A stretch of DNA of 64,000 nucleotides from Opitutales bacterium (GTDB lineage: Bacteria; Verrucomicrobiota; Verrucomicrobiia; Opitutales; UBA2987), in the NCBI GenBank assembly GCA_965226885.1, contig CBDDEL010000015.1:352001-416000 (forward strand), read 5' to 3'. Shown here piece by piece: positions 10,257-21,819 of this stretch; within the stretch, counting starts at the first letter, position 1, and the number at the start of each line of letters is the position of its first letter. Under the pieces are notes generated by a model, which had not been told where the DNA came from, made no database searches, and saw nothing but the letters and a program-made list of their open reading frames with translations. The position numbers were made by a program, and so were the translations under genes.

Positions 10257-11376
10257 TCAATTCAGGTCGGGCTGCAACGCTGCGCCCGCCACGGTCTTGT
10301 TCAATGCCGGCATCAACTCCTTGACGAACAGTTCCATGCTGCGGATCCAGCTCGGCTTGTCGTCCCAATCATAACCCATCAAGACCAAAGTGCCAAATAT
10401 GCCCGTTTCTTCAATCAGACCTATCAGCCGACGGAGAACTTCATCGACATCACCGGCCATAATCTGCTCGGTCATCAGGTAGTCGAGTTGGCACTCAGAA
10501 TCAGGCATATCAGGATCGCGCTTGTAGAGATGCGCCGGCCGAGACCCTGGTCGAGGAGCCGACCGATATATTTGTATTTCATTCCCAACGAATTGCTGCG
10601 GACGCGCTCTTGTGCTTCCTTTGTCGTGTCGGCCAGGAAGATCGAGCGGGCGACTTTCCAATCGGAACGATTGGGTTCGCGCCCGGCCGCCCGCGCCGCA
10701 GTTTCATAGGTACAACACAGATCGGCCACGACATTCCCTGGAATCAGGCAATGGGCGAAGGGTTGGCATCCGCGTTGTACGGCAATTTTCATGCTGTAGG
10801 AATTGCGGCTCATCCTAGGTATGGCGATGGGCGGAGTGAGCTGCTGTAGTGGCTTGTGAATGAAGCCAATGAGCGTCTCTAGGTCGAAGTGCTCTTCGAG
10901 ATTGATCTGCCAATACTTGCCATTGTGCCTGTAGGGCGGATCGGAGACCACAGCTTCAAAATAACGTCGAGGGCCTCGAGTGCCATTTCGCCGCCCTGCT
11001 TGGGATCGAGTCCGTAAAGTTCGTGATCTGCAGTTACGCTGCCGGGGCCGAAGTAAAGATTCAACCGGCCTTTCGACAAGTGATCCAGAAAAGGCAGGCG
11101 GCTGGCCACATTGGCGGGGTGGTGCTGGTTGAGGCACACAGGTGCCGCGCCCAGCCGCATACGGCTGGTTTCGCCTAACGCCCGTGCGATAAATATCTCG
11201 GCCATCACGATAGTCTCATATTTCATGGTGTTGTGTTCACCGATCCAAAACTCGTCGAAACCGAGCTCCTCGGCTCTGATGATCAGCTCCAGGTCCTCGT
11301 CATAACCTTGAGCGAGCGGCTTTTCCGGTGAATAAAATGGCATGATAAACATGCCGTACTTGATTGGATTGGACAT
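10257..11376 (-). pseudogene. Luciferase-like (LLM class) flavin monooxygenase, two frameshifts
   Basis: AEELGFDEFWIGEH and LDHLSKGR in ORF 10879-11442; continues in 10475-11137 and 10257-10661 (GTLVLMGYDWDD..SMELF); RBS AGGAGG before ATG 11376. Confidence 0.85.
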
Positions 11377-11510
11377 GGTGCCTCCTAACCTAAGACCGCC
11401 GTCTCTAGGCGACCTGGGTCTGTCTCGTCTGCGCCGAGCCAACGGACGGGCAGAGGGTAGAGCGTCAGCGACCGGTCTTCCAGGGGCAGTTTCACCGGCG
11501 CGCTGCCTAA

Positions 11511-13091
11511 CCCGGATATTTCATGAAGGGTAAAGTTTGGCTCGTTATTGCTATTGGAGATGGATTTCTTTGTATTTTGAGCAGATCGTCTTGATTTTTA
11601 GGTCTTGATTTTTAGGTGTTTTTCAGGGTGTAGAGACACTGCCCCCTTTCCCCCATTGGTTCGGTAGTGCCGGGGGCAGCACCAATGCACCCTTTAGGTT
11701 GGCACCAATCGGCGGGCCGCATGGTTGAAAAGACTGGCCCAAGGATAACTCTCACTTAGGTGAAAGTGAATCGTTCGGGTGTTGCGCACGATGACCGCTC
11801 CGATCTTGATTAATTTGAGCCGCAGGGTGTGGCATTGGGCCCGCGCCCACTTCGTCCCTTTTAAGGCTAACCGGCGCATGGCTTCCATCAAGGTGTAGGC
11901 CAGCGCCGACAAGAGCAATCGCCACTGATTGGCCCACCATTGATGGGCGCTGGTGCGCTCGCTGAACAATTGCATCTGTTCCTTGATTCGGTTCTCCATT
12001 TCACCGCGGCCACAGTATACCTTGTCGTAAAGCTCCTGGGGATCGCCCGGCAGGTTCGTCACCACGAAGCGCGGGTTGGACCCCTGTGCGGTGTGTTCGG
12101 CTTTATGGATGACCAACCGCAGCCATCGCCACGAATCGGCAGCATAGACGAAGTCCTGGAATAACCGTTGTTTTTTACCCCTTAGTTCGAACCATTCTTT
12201 GGCCTGCTTTTGCAACTGCTGGGCGTCTTGCTGCAAGCGTGCATTGCGAGCCATCCCCACGATGTAACTAACTTCGTTGCGGTCGCACCAAGAGAGTATC
12301 CGGTCTCGACAAAATCCACTGTCGGCGCGCCAAATAATCCGCGTACGGGGCCAGCTTTGGCGAATCCGTTTAACCAGCAATTTGAGGATGGCCCCGGCAT
12401 GCTTGCTGGCATCGATCTTGCTCGGCCGCAGGTAGGCCACCAGCAGCTGATCACCGCAAAAAACATATAGCGGCAGAAAACAGTAATGATCATAATAACC
12501 GTGGAAAAAACGTCCCTCCTGGAGCCCGTGCACCGGATTGTCGGTGGCGTCAAAGTCCAGGATGATCTCTTCGGGTTCCTCGGCAAAGGAGCCCATGAAC
12601 TGTTCGACCAACAGCTCGTTTACCGCAAAGGCCGCCCGCCGATCCTGCCCGTTTTCAAAACGACACAAAGTCGGCGCGCTGGCCAACGTTTCAATGCGCC
12701 CCGTTACCGTTTGCAACAATGGATCGTGGCGCAGGGTATCAAAGTCGTTCAAATCCTCATAGCCCGCCACCAGCCCGTAAACGCGCTGCCGCAGCATCCC
12801 CAATACCTCATGGCGTACTTTGCCCTTCTGCCGTTTGTCCACTAACTGTCGGGCCGCTCGTTCGGTCAAGCCCAACTGCCGATCCACTTCCCGGATCAAA
12901 AGCAGTCCGGCATCCGAAGTAACCTCTCCGCCCTTGAAATCAACCCGCACACGGCGGCCTTTTACCCTTGTCAACTGTAGCTTTAATTGTTTACCTTTTG
13001 TCATCGCTGATATTGCTTTAATTATTGATCTATCCTGCTGTATATCAGCAGTTAAGCATATCAACGATACTTTTTTTACGAAATATCCGGG
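11511..13091 (-). mobile_element. IS1380-family insertion sequence, complete (1581 bp)
   Basis: Terminal IRs CCCGGATATTTCATGAA / CCCGGATATTTCGTAAA (15/17); 4-bp target duplication CTAA at 11507-11510 and 13092-13095. Confidence 0.95.
11694..13004 (-). CDS. IS1380-family transposase
   Basis: TSDAGLLL, GYEDLND, LDFDATD, WRADSGF, YCGRGEMENRIKE motifs. Confidence 0.95.
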   Translation of the reverse strand: MTKGKQLKLQLTRVKGRRVRVDFKGGEVTSDAGLLLIREVDRQLGLTERAARQLVDKRQKGKVRHEVLGMLRQRVYGLVAGYEDLNDFDTLRHDPLLQTVTGRIETLASAPTLCRFENGQDRRAAFAVNELLVEQFMGSFAEEPEEIILDFDATDNPVHGLQEGRFFHGYYDHYCFLPLYVFCGDQLLVAYLRPSKIDASKHAGAILKLLVKRIRQSWPRTRIIWRADSGFCRDRILSWCDRNEVSYIVGMARNARLQQDAQQLQKQAKEWFELRGKKQRLFQDFVYAADSWRWLRLVIHKAEHTAQGSNPRFVVTNLPGDPQELYDKVYCGRGEMENRIKEQMQLFSERTSAHQWWANQWRLLLSALAYTLMEAMRRLALKGTKWARAQCHTLRLKLIKIGAVIVRNTRTIHFHLSESYPWASLFNHAARRLVPT

Positions 13092-14119
13092 CTAACTGCA
13101 CCGACAGCTTGGCGGCAATCGCCACCTCCAGCGCCTGGCGCAGGTCGTGCCCCGATAACCACAGCTTGCTGCCTGTTTCCACAGTCGCCAGGAAGGAGCG
13201 GATGGAACCGGTAAGGTACCTGAACTGGCTCCACTGGTAGGGGGTGTAGGGCCTCTCGACCCTTACCCTTTCGCCCTTGGCGTCGAAGCCCTGGTAAATC
13301 TCGGACGGCACGCCCCACTTGCAGCGGACGAGTGAATCCCGGCTCCAGACATCCACACCGCGCTCTCGAGTAGGCGTTCCGAATACGGTACACTCCCGCC
13401 CATTGGAGAGGCGGAAGCGGGCATTGATGATGAGCCCCTCGTCGATGTCTCTGGCCACCACTTCCTCGAACCAGTAGGGCGCATCCCGGTGCGTGCCCCA
13501 CGTGATGATCTCCTCGATCTCGGCATCCGTCATTAGGCGCAGCATGGAAACATCCTGGCAGCCGCCACCGGAGATCTCGGCTCCCCACCCGATTATGCTG
13601 GCCCCAATGAGCTCTCCATAATCTCCTGCCCATAGCCAGCCGGCCGCCTCCTGATTCTCATTCAACGCTCGCATGAGGTTCCCTCCGGCGAAAACCACCC
13701 CAAGCCTTTCACAAGTATCCACCATCTCGTCGGCGTCGGACAGTTTCGCCGCAATCGGTTTGTCTGTAGACACTCCCTTCACGCCCACCTCGGCGCAGGC
13801 GATCACCGCCTCCTTGTAGTATTTCGTAGGAGTCACCACCGCCACGATGTCGGTCACCACGTCCTTCAAGAGGGCATTTACGTCCTCGTATAAAGCCTTC
13901 ACGCAAAACTTCTCTCCGACCGCCTTGCGTCTCTCGGTCCGACCGCCTTGCGTCTCTCGGGATTGTACTCTGCGATAGCCACGATCTCACAATCCGGGTA
14001 GGTTGAGTACGCGTCGACGTAGATCTGCCCCATGAGGCCGCAGCCGACAATCGCCACACGGTGTTTGACTTCGCTCATGATTGAGCCTCCTTTCTTTTTT
14101 CCAAACGAGAGTTTATCAT

Positions 14120-14606
14120 AAGCTTTCTCCGCCGCTCTTCCCGCCCATTGGTCACCCATTCAGGTCTATTTCGGCATCACCGTTGTGCTATCGTTTTTGG
14201 GCTGGACCGGACGGACTGGCTCTCGTGGTGCGGGGTAAGGATCCTCTCCCTGCGTGAAGAAGACTATGCCACGGCTGCGCTTCTTTGTGGAGCGAGCAAG
14301 TGGCGCATCATAGTACGGCACCTCCTGCCCGGATTTGCCAGCCACATCATTGTCACACTGACCTTGACCTTGCCCATCATGATCCTGGGCGAAACCGCCC
14401 TGAGCTTCCTCGGTCTCGGGCTACGCCCTCCGGTCACGAGTTGGGGAGTCCTCCTCAAAGAGGCTCAAAACGTACAGGCAGTGGCTCTGCAGCCGTGGCT
14501 TTTGATCCCGGCGGTGGCTGTCATCGCCGCGGTGCTGGCCTTCAATTTCCTCGGCGATGGCCTGCGCGACGCAGCTGATCCCTATGCACATGGAGACTCA
14601 TTATAA
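14120..14606 (+). pseudogene. C-terminal fragment of DppC/OppC-type ABC permease
   Basis: LSLREEDYATAALLCGAS..RHLLP..ETALSFLGLG..FNFLGDGLRDAADP; 5' half absent and small frameshifts near 14207-14240; no partner ABC genes in the window. Confidence 0.85.
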
Positions 14607-14615
14607 AAGGATTGG

Positions 14616-16163
14616 CTACCACCCAGAACCGGCATTTTCGACCGTATCCCCGTTTCCACCGAAGCGCAAAGCATACAGATCTGCGTCATGCAGGTGAAAT
14701 CGAAGTCGTACCGGTTTGCCAGCTAGTGAACTCACCTCCCGGCCACTGCGCCATCGAACTGGATATTCGATTGCATCGCCGAAAATTTCAGGACAGTCAG
14801 CGAGAGAAAATCCTTTGATGGGCGTGCCCTGGCTGTTCTGAATCTCCACCCGGATGCCGCCGGCCGCGGAAGTCGAATAGTTGATCGTCATTATGCCGCC
14901 TTCGAAGATGAGGGGTTTGGTGGTGAATTCGCCGCCTTGCAAGGGTGCGTAAACCGAGACGAAGCCGTCGATGCGCAGTGTGTAGCGCCGCAGTCTCGAG
15001 CTGTTGCCCGTAAAGTAACTTTCAGTGGCATAGAGGGATAGTTCCGGCGGCGAATCGTCATCCGCGGATTCCGTCTCCACGACATGCCAGGCCACATAAT
15101 TATCCCCATAGGCCCAGTTGTGCTGGGTGCGCAAGCCCGGGCGGAGGAAGGCCTCGTCCCAACGGTGAAAGGTTAAACCATCTCGGCTGGACATGAAGAG
15201 GGCGTCGGTCACGGCGGTCCCGTAGCGGCTGTTTGTCTGGGCGCGTTGCCTGCGAAGTTCCAGTGAAGGGAGGGCAATGGTGGCATCGGTCCAGCCGCGA
15301 TCCACGTACCTGGCCGGAAACCCGATCAAGAGGTGCTCGGCGCGGTAGTACGGTTTTATCTGGTTGGTATAAAGCTGCTCCATGGGTGCTCCTGGAAATC
15401 GCAGCCATTCTCGCTCCGACCAGTGAATGAAGTCATCGGATGTGGCCGTCATGATGCCCCGGCGTCCTTCGTGGAAATCGCGAATGTAAACGCGATATTT
15501 GCCAATGTTGGGGTCCCAGAACGCGATATTCTGCGTGTCGAATGGGTGCCCCGTCATGACCGGCCGGTTTTGGTTATAGAGGGTCCAGTGAATGCCGTCG
15601 GGGGACTTGAAAGCGTAGAGGCCGGCGGGGTTTGCGCCAAGACCCACGGCTTTATACTCTTCTCCCGGCATCACCTGCGGATTGGCATCCTTGAAAACAG
15701 AAAAGTCGTGACAGCCACTCCCGTTGATGGTGGCAAGGATGATATTGTTTTCCTTGGAACCTTCGTACTCGACTAGGCCGAGTTTCGGTTTGACCCAGTG
15801 GATGCCGTCCTGGCTTTGCGCATAGGCGATGAAGAGGGGATGCCCCTGGCCACCGTCTGACGGAATGTGCCAGGCATGATAATACATGCGGTAATCGTCG
15901 CCGTCCCGGAATACGGTATGGTAACCGCACGCGCTCCCCTCCCAAGGCTCATCGTGAACCATGGCAATTTCGCGACGCACCGGGTGATTGAGACGCAGTG
16001 CCGCCTCCCCTTTCATTTCTGCAATCAGGTGCTTGTCGACGAAAAGTTCCCGGTTTTGACCGATGTCGATGAGATCATTTCCGGCCTGGACACTCGTTGT
16101 CGCAAGCAAAGTTAAAAGCGAAAAAAGGGAGACCGTCCTTTCCACATAGACCCTACGCTTCAT
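14616..16163 (-). CDS. Secreted hypothetical glycoside-hydrolase-like beta-propeller protein
   Basis: Signal peptide; RELFVD, YRMYY, AQSQDGIHWVKP, FDTQN, SRDGLTF, LRIDGFVS and C-terminal LAGKPVRLRFHLHDADLYA. Confidence 0.65.
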   Translation of the reverse strand: MKRRVYVERTVSLFSLLTLLATTSVQAGNDLIDIGQNRELFVDKHLIAEMKGEAALRLNHPVRREIAMVHDEPWEGSACGYHTVFRDGDDYRMYYHAWHIPSDGGQGHPLFIAYAQSQDGIHWVKPKLGLVEYEGSKENNIILATINGSGCHDFSVFKDANPQVMPGEEYKAVGLGANPAGLYAFKSPDGIHWTLYNQNRPVMTGHPFDTQNIAFWDPNIGKYRVYIRDFHEGRRGIMTATSDDFIHWSEREWLRFPGAPMEQLYTNQIKPYYRAEHLLIGFPARYVDRGWTDATIALPSLELRRQRAQTNSRYGTAVTDALFMSSRDGLTFHRWDEAFLRPGLRTQHNWAYGDNYVAWHVVETESADDDSPPELSLYATESYFTGNSSRLRRYTLRIDGFVSVYAPLQGGEFTTKPLIFEGGIMTINYSTSAAGGIRVEIQNSQGTPIKGFSLADCPEIFGDAIEYPVRWRSGREVSSLAGKPVRLRFHLHDADLYALRFGGNGDTVENAGSGW

Positions 16164-16165
16164 AT

Positions 16166-17095
16166 TCACAGTTTCAACAATTCGGGAGTGTTCGCTTCCA
16201 TCCATGCTCGAAGTTCCTGCACGTCCTGGTCAGTGACGCTGAGGTAGGGGCCACGCGAACGCGCGCTCATTGTCAGGAACCCCGAGGTAACACCCATCAA
16301 CCGGTCGTAGGCTGTATCCGTGTAGCCTTTTTCTGTAAAGGGTCTCAATCCTTCGCGGACTAGCCGGTCCAGCATGTCCGTCCACGGATTCAGTTCGACC
16401 CACTTTTGACGCCGCATCAGATCGAACATGTGAAGTACAACCCTCGGATTCATGTAGACTAACGCGCTGGCGGCTCCAATGAGGCCGTGCGGACCCAGGC
16501 GGCTCCATTCATTCTCAGCGGCCCAAACATTGACGAACTCATTGAGTTCCCGGCATCCCTCCGGTGTCGCGCCCACCGTGCCCGCATTTGCCTTCACCGC
16601 GACATAGCAACCGGTGGCTTCAGAGACGGCGCGATGCTGGTCCACGGTAAGCGTTTTTTTCGCGCGCAATGTTTCGTAGATCGATAATGCCAGGCTTGGG
16701 CATGCATCGGTCACCTCTTGGAGAAAGGGAACGATCTGACGGTTGTCCAACTCCATCCAGAATGGCAAAGCCACCTGCACGGCGTCCGCCCCCACCTTTG
16801 CCGCATAGGCTGCCCGGCGTTGGGCACCCAGGGTGTAGGTGGAAGTGACGCCAATCATTACGGGAGTCCCGTGCTTCCGGCACTCCTCCACGGTCGCCTT
16901 GGTAACCGCCTTCCACTCGTCGAACTCCATGGCGTAGAACTCACCGGTTGTTCCCGCCGTGTAGACACCCGGAACACCTGCCTTGCATATCCGCTCGACT
17001 ACCGCGCGATAGGCCTGTTCATCGAACATCAGGTTCTCGTCCCAGGCAACTGGTAGGCCGGCCCAGGGCCCGATCATCTCATTACGTGATAGCAT
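16166..17095 (-). CDS. Dihydrodipicolinate synthase/N-acetylneuraminate lyase family protein
   Basis: AGTTGEF motif, Tyr in SIYET, likely Schiff-base Lys in VAVKAN. Confidence 0.85.
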   Translation of the reverse strand: MLSRNEMIGPWAGLPVAWDENLMFDEQAYRAVVERICKAGVPGVYTAGTTGEFYAMEFDEWKAVTKATVEECRKHGTPVMIGVTSTYTLGAQRRAAYAAKVGADAVQVALPFWMELDNRQIVPFLQEVTDACPSLALSIYETLRAKKTLTVDQHRAVSEATGCYVAVKANAGTVGATPEGCRELNEFVNVWAAENEWSRLGPHGLIGAASALVYMNPRVVLHMFDLMRRQKWVELNPWTDMLDRLVREGLRPFTEKGYTDTAYDRLMGVTSGFLTMSARSRGPYLSVTDQDVQELRAWMEANTPELLKL

Positions 17096-17136
17096 CTATT
17101 GGTTTCCTCTTGATTACTAAGTTGAAATTAACCTAA

Positions 17137-18890
17137 TCACGAAGTCATTTTCTTGATCGGCCAGGGTTGCACACCGCAGCGTTGGGCCCAACGCTCGTAA
17201 ATTTCCGCGAGCTCGGAAACTTTATCGGGATATTGCTTTGCCAGGTCATGCAATTCTGTGCGGTCGGCTTCCAAATCGTAAAGTTCCCACTTCTGATGAT
17301 TGGTAATGGTGGTCCAGTCATCCCATTGGCCGGCATTCTTTTGTTGTCTTATGTGATTTGCTTTTTCGACCAGCTTCCATTTGCCTTTCCGCACGGCGCG
17401 GTCGCCGGTAAGCTCCCAGCAAAGGGATTCATGCCCCGGGCGCTGCTTTCCCTGGAAAATGGACATCAGGCTTTTCCCTTCGAGCGGGATAATTTCCCGA
17501 TTAATATAGGTCTTCGGATACTCGATTCCCGCAACGTCAATACAGGTGGCCAAAATGTCCATGACATGACCAACTTGGTGGGTAATGCCAATGTGGTTTC
17601 TAATGACGGCCAGCCAATGAGAAATCAGAGGAGTCGCAATACCGCCTTCATGCATCCAGGTTATGTAAAGCCGGAAAGGGGTGTTACTTGCGTTGGCCCA
17701 GGACAAGCCGTAGGACATATAGGAATTGACGTTGCCGGGCGGGTCCTGGTCCTTCCCGATGTTTATCCCGGTGGGACCGCCCCAAGAGGCTGCGCCATTG
17801 TCCGAGAGGAAAAGTACGAGGGTATTTTTTTCCGCGTCGATATCTGCCAGTTTGTCGAGAATTTTTCCGATGCCTTGATCCATCCGGTCGATTTGGGCTG
17901 CGTAAATGGCCATTTTCATGTCCATCAATTCCTTATTTTTTTCCTCTTCCAAAGACCTGGCATTGGCATCCCGAGGGGTTAGTTCCCAATTTCTGTCGAT
18001 AATGCCCTGGTCAATCATGCGTTCATAGCGTTCTTGGCGCAGTCTTGGCGCAGTCGATCCCAACCTTTCATGTATTTTCCTCTATACCGGGCAATATCCT
18101 CCGGCAATGCCTGCAGAGGAACATGGGGGGTCGTATAAGAAACATAGAGGAAAAAGGGTTGTGTTTTAGCGTCATGATCATCGAGGAATTTGACGGCATA
18201 ATCGCTAATCGCATCGGTCATATAAAACCCCTCTGCATCCGGCTCGAACCTCTCACCATCCAAGGCTACTCTCCTTATCCCGTCTTCGGGAAAGTAGGGC
18301 GCTTTCATGCCGGATTTGACATCAAAATAGTTGGCGCCACCGCTGATCAATCCGAAATACCTGTCAAATCCGCGATCTACAGGCCAATGCGGGCGCGTTT
18401 CCCCCACATGCCATTTCCCGGACATCATGGTGCGATATCCGCCTAATTTAAGAGCTTCCGCGATGGTGACGCAGCGATCATTCAAATGCCCCAGATAAGC
18501 GGGATATCCTTTCCCCGCCAGTTGGGCCGGTATCTGTGGATCATGAACCATAAATCCCAGTCCCGTCTGATGTGCATACAAACCGGTTAAAAGAGACGCG
18601 CGAGTAGGACAGCATACCGCCCCATTGTAAAATTGCGTGAAACGAAGCCCCTCACCAGCCAAACGATCTATGTTGGGAGTGCGGATTTCACCCCCGTAAC
18701 AACCCACATCGGAAAATCCCATATCATCAGCCATGACCACTACAATATTGGGGCGATTCGCGGAGATTTCCCTTTCGCTTTTTGTTTTTTTCAGAAAAAA
18801 ACCCTTGGCCGGACTGGATACCGCACTTGAGGCCAGGATCCCATGGCAAAGTGAACTCAGAAACTGTCGTCGGCTGTAGTTTCGATTCAT
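17137..18890 (-). pseudogene. Tat-exported arylsulfatase, frameshifted
   Basis: SRRQFL; PNIVVVMADDMG, CCPTRASLLTG, GKWHVG; 11-bp duplication 18032-18053 splits WDRLRQ|ERYERM; C-terminal half SDNGA, HEGGIATP, WELYDL. Confidence 0.92.
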
Positions 18891-18944
18891 TTGAAAAATC
18901 AGGATCCGAGAATCGATTTGAGAATTATTTCTGGACGCTTTTGG

Positions 18945-20897
18945 TCAACGGTTCAGGGGCAGATCAAGCGCGGGGTTGAGTTCGAAAAAGTCGAAGGGCC
19001 GCACTTCAAATTCGTGCCAGACCGTAGGAAGGACGGGCCAATCTTCGGCTCGCACCACATGATGAAATCCAAGCGTATACCATAGCACGATGTCGGTGTT
19101 TTCAATGGGGCGATTGGCCTTTGTCCAGGTGGGCAGACCATCTCCACCTTTGCTTTGGTTGGGGTAAGTCCCACTAGCATAGCGTTCTTCCGATTGGTAG
19201 GGAGTCACCCAAAGATGATAATCAGTGAAACCGGCCCGTTGCTGCGGATAATCGTCGGAAGTCAATAACGAGACGGCATTAGCCTTGAATTTGAGTTGGT
19301 AACTGACGGGATAGCCAAGTGGCCCACTGATATTGGGGTTGATGACGCGCCAGAGGGCGGGTTTCTGAAGATTGATCCGCAACTTGGCCTCTTGCTCGGT
19401 CGCGGCAATATGCGGATCGATCACCCAAACGCTTTTCCGTGGACTATCAACTCCTAAATTCACCGTTTTAAGTCGATCGAGGAGAAAACTGTTTTCAGTG
19501 CCATCGACATCGAAATCGAGCCTGAAGGAAAAAAAGTGATCGTGGTTGATAGCCACCGTATGTTCCGCTACCATGCGGCCGTAAGCCATATTACGATCCT
19601 GTGTTTTTTCTGCGGCGGTACGGTTTTGCACCGCCGCGACCTGCTCGATTCCGCTGGCCCCCAAAGCGACCTTTATGGACCCGGTTAATCCGAACACAAA
19701 ATCGATAATGTAATCGTAGTTTCCGATCGCCGAAATGGAACGTAATACAAGCTCTGTTCTTTTCCGGACATCACTTTGGCCATGGTTGCCTTCAAAATGC
19801 CGCCATTCCATGTCGCCCGCGTAACGCTCAAAGAGGCAGACCGCATTTTGCTGTTTGTAGGGACGGCCCCGATCGTTCGCAAACTCCGCGTCAAAAAAAA
19901 CCGCGTGCTCGGGGGCATCCAGCCCCTTTACCAACGGCGCGGCCAACTTGCCCACGCCATACTCGCCGGCGTCCAGGTAGGTTCGGAAGTACCACCCGAT
20001 GTCGGGGTTCATATAGGGAACGAACAATTCCGATAAGGCGCCCTGATAGAGGATTGAGCGGGTTTTACCGTTGTCATCGTAACTCACGGTCGAAATCACA
20101 GGGCCAAGCCTTGGATCGATGCGGAAATGAAACCGCCAGTTTTGCCAACTCACTTGATGACCTTCGACTGTAAAGTTCGGGCCTTTTGGCTGAGTCATCG
20201 AGACGGGGTTTGCCGCTTTGCGCAACGGACCAACGGAACCCTCATCGAGATCGATGGGCGTTTGCGGTATTTGAACCGGACCGGTGTCGATCAACTTAAT
20301 GACTTCGCCCTTTTCGATATCTACAACAGCCGTAATTCCCTCAATCGGCCTTCCCCAAAAATTATTTGTACTCCGTCCATCGAAACTGACAACCTTGATG
20401 AGCCGCCTTCCCTCCTCTTCAGCCAGGCCGAAGTAACCGGCGGTTAGGGGGATGCATACCACCTTCCCAAATTCGGTGATTCCTCTCTTCCTGACGGCGG
20501 CCTGCCATGCGGGATTCGATTGAACGATTTTCTGGGCAAGAGTCCATTCCTCGATCAGCACGCCGGGCTGCACACCGTGAATCTGTTTCCAGGAAACCAC
20601 CTCGTTTTGGTCAATATCAATAATCGCCTCGAAGGTTTCGGCGCCTTTTTTGACAATAGCAAACGCGGCCCTAGGCAAAGTGCCGCCCGGTTTCCAACCC
20701 AACACGGCGGCCTTGTCGGGCTCCTGCAATGTAATTAAAGAATAGCGGCTTGAGTCATCGACTAATTTCTCTGCCTTTAAAATCGTTATAACCGCAACGT
20801 ATTCATCCGAAGTCAATGGATCCATTGGATGGAAAACCAACCCAGTTCCCCATAGAGATGTGTTAATCGCCATGAACGATAACAATATTCTCATCAT
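18945..20897 (-). CDS. tynA: Copper/TPQ primary-amine oxidase (TynA-like), secreted; start uncertain
   Basis: HPMDPL, YLDAGEYG (catalytic Asp), GNYDY (TPQ consensus), NHDH and GFHHVVRAEDWP copper ligands. Confidence 0.9.
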   Translation of the reverse strand: MMRILLSFMAINTSLWGTGLVFHPMDPLTSDEYVAVITILKAEKLVDDSSRYSLITLQEPDKAAVLGWKPGGTLPRAAFAIVKKGAETFEAIIDIDQNEVVSWKQIHGVQPGVLIEEWTLAQKIVQSNPAWQAAVRKRGITEFGKVVCIPLTAGYFGLAEEEGRRLIKVVSFDGRSTNNFWGRPIEGITAVVDIEKGEVIKLIDTGPVQIPQTPIDLDEGSVGPLRKAANPVSMTQPKGPNFTVEGHQVSWQNWRFHFRIDPRLGPVISTVSYDDNGKTRSILYQGALSELFVPYMNPDIGWYFRTYLDAGEYGVGKLAAPLVKGLDAPEHAVFFDAEFANDRGRPYKQQNAVCLFERYAGDMEWRHFEGNHGQSDVRKRTELVLRSISAIGNYDYIIDFVFGLTGSIKVALGASGIEQVAAVQNRTAAEKTQDRNMAYGRMVAEHTVAINHDHFFSFRLDFDVDGTENSFLLDRLKTVNLGVDSPRKSVWVIDPHIAATEQEAKLRINLQKPALWRVINPNISGPLGYPVSYQLKFKANAVSLLTSDDYPQQRAGFTDYHLWVTPYQSEERYASGTYPNQSKGGDGLPTWTKANRPIENTDIVLWYTLGFHHVVRAEDWPVLPTVWHEFEVRPFDFFELNPALDLPLNR

Positions 20898-21038
20898 CAG
20901 ATTAGTTTTTTCGAATTTCATGGGAGTCATTTTTTCTAAAGTTGTAGACGATTTCTCCAATTCCATCGCTGTGGTCTCTTTCCTTCGCATCTCGGAATAA
21001 CCTTCAGCATCCAAATCGGTTGCCTACCATTTCCAGTC

Positions 21039-21780
21039 TTATGCAAGGTAGTCGTGGACTATCTTGCCATGGCCTTGAGTGTAATCGCAAACCTGATAGT
21101 AGGACCCGAGGAATTCCTTTGGTTTAAGTCGCCAAAAATCACCGGCAACCGTTGGACGAAAACTTACAATGCCCGGACCTTTGAACAGTTTGTGAATCTT
21201 GACATCGCCAATCTCGCCGTTTGCTACCAACTGCTTGATGGCAGCTTCATTTGAGTCCGCCTTCGGAATCATCTTAAGCAAGTACATTGGAAAGAGGGGC
21301 GGGAAGGGGCGGGACCTCTTCAGGGGTGGCTATCTCCATGCACCGGGAATTCAACTGCATGAATTGAATGCCGGCTCGAACCGCTGTTGTGGTCAGTTCA
21401 CTGCCATATTGCTCAATGGTAATGTCCGCGATCTTCTTGGGACAGCCCCAGATCTCCCGGCCGGGGGCAATCGCATCGGAACTAGACAAAAACAGGCACG
21501 GCAAGAAAAAGGCCTCCTCGCCCTCGTAAACAACCTTTACGCAGACACCGACCTCGTTGAAGGGTCCCCAATGGGTGCAAAACGGAACTTTAATGCTAAA
21601 AGCGCAACAGATGCCGTCCTCGGCCGGCTCCAATGGCTTTGGAAGCAAGGCGGCGACATTGTCCTTTTCCGTTGTGAAGTAAACCATTTGAAACAGGGTG
21701 TCGCGGTAGTAAGGTGGAAGGGTTGGGTAAGCCGGCGAATCGAACGGCATACACCAATTCTCATTTCGATATGTTTTCAT
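21039..21780 (-). pseudogene. Acetoacetate decarboxylase-like family protein, frameshifted
   Basis: GREIWGCPKK motif; 10-bp duplication 21295-21314 separates EEVPPL from FPMYLLKMIP..IVHDYLA. Confidence 0.85.
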
Positions 21781-21819
21781 AATTGCGGTTCCTCATTTAT
21801 ATTGCTGGAGAAGTATCTC

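Larger units (their letters stand above)
11385..14078 (-). pseudogene. Gfo/Idh/MocA oxidoreductase disrupted by a 23-bp duplication and an IS1380 insertion
   Basis: MSEVKHRVAIVGCGLMG from 14078; frameshift at 13915-13960; body (TDKPIA) to 13092; C-terminus GSAPVKLPLEDRSLTLYP...G* resumes in frame beyond the IS and stops at 11385. Confidence 0.88.
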
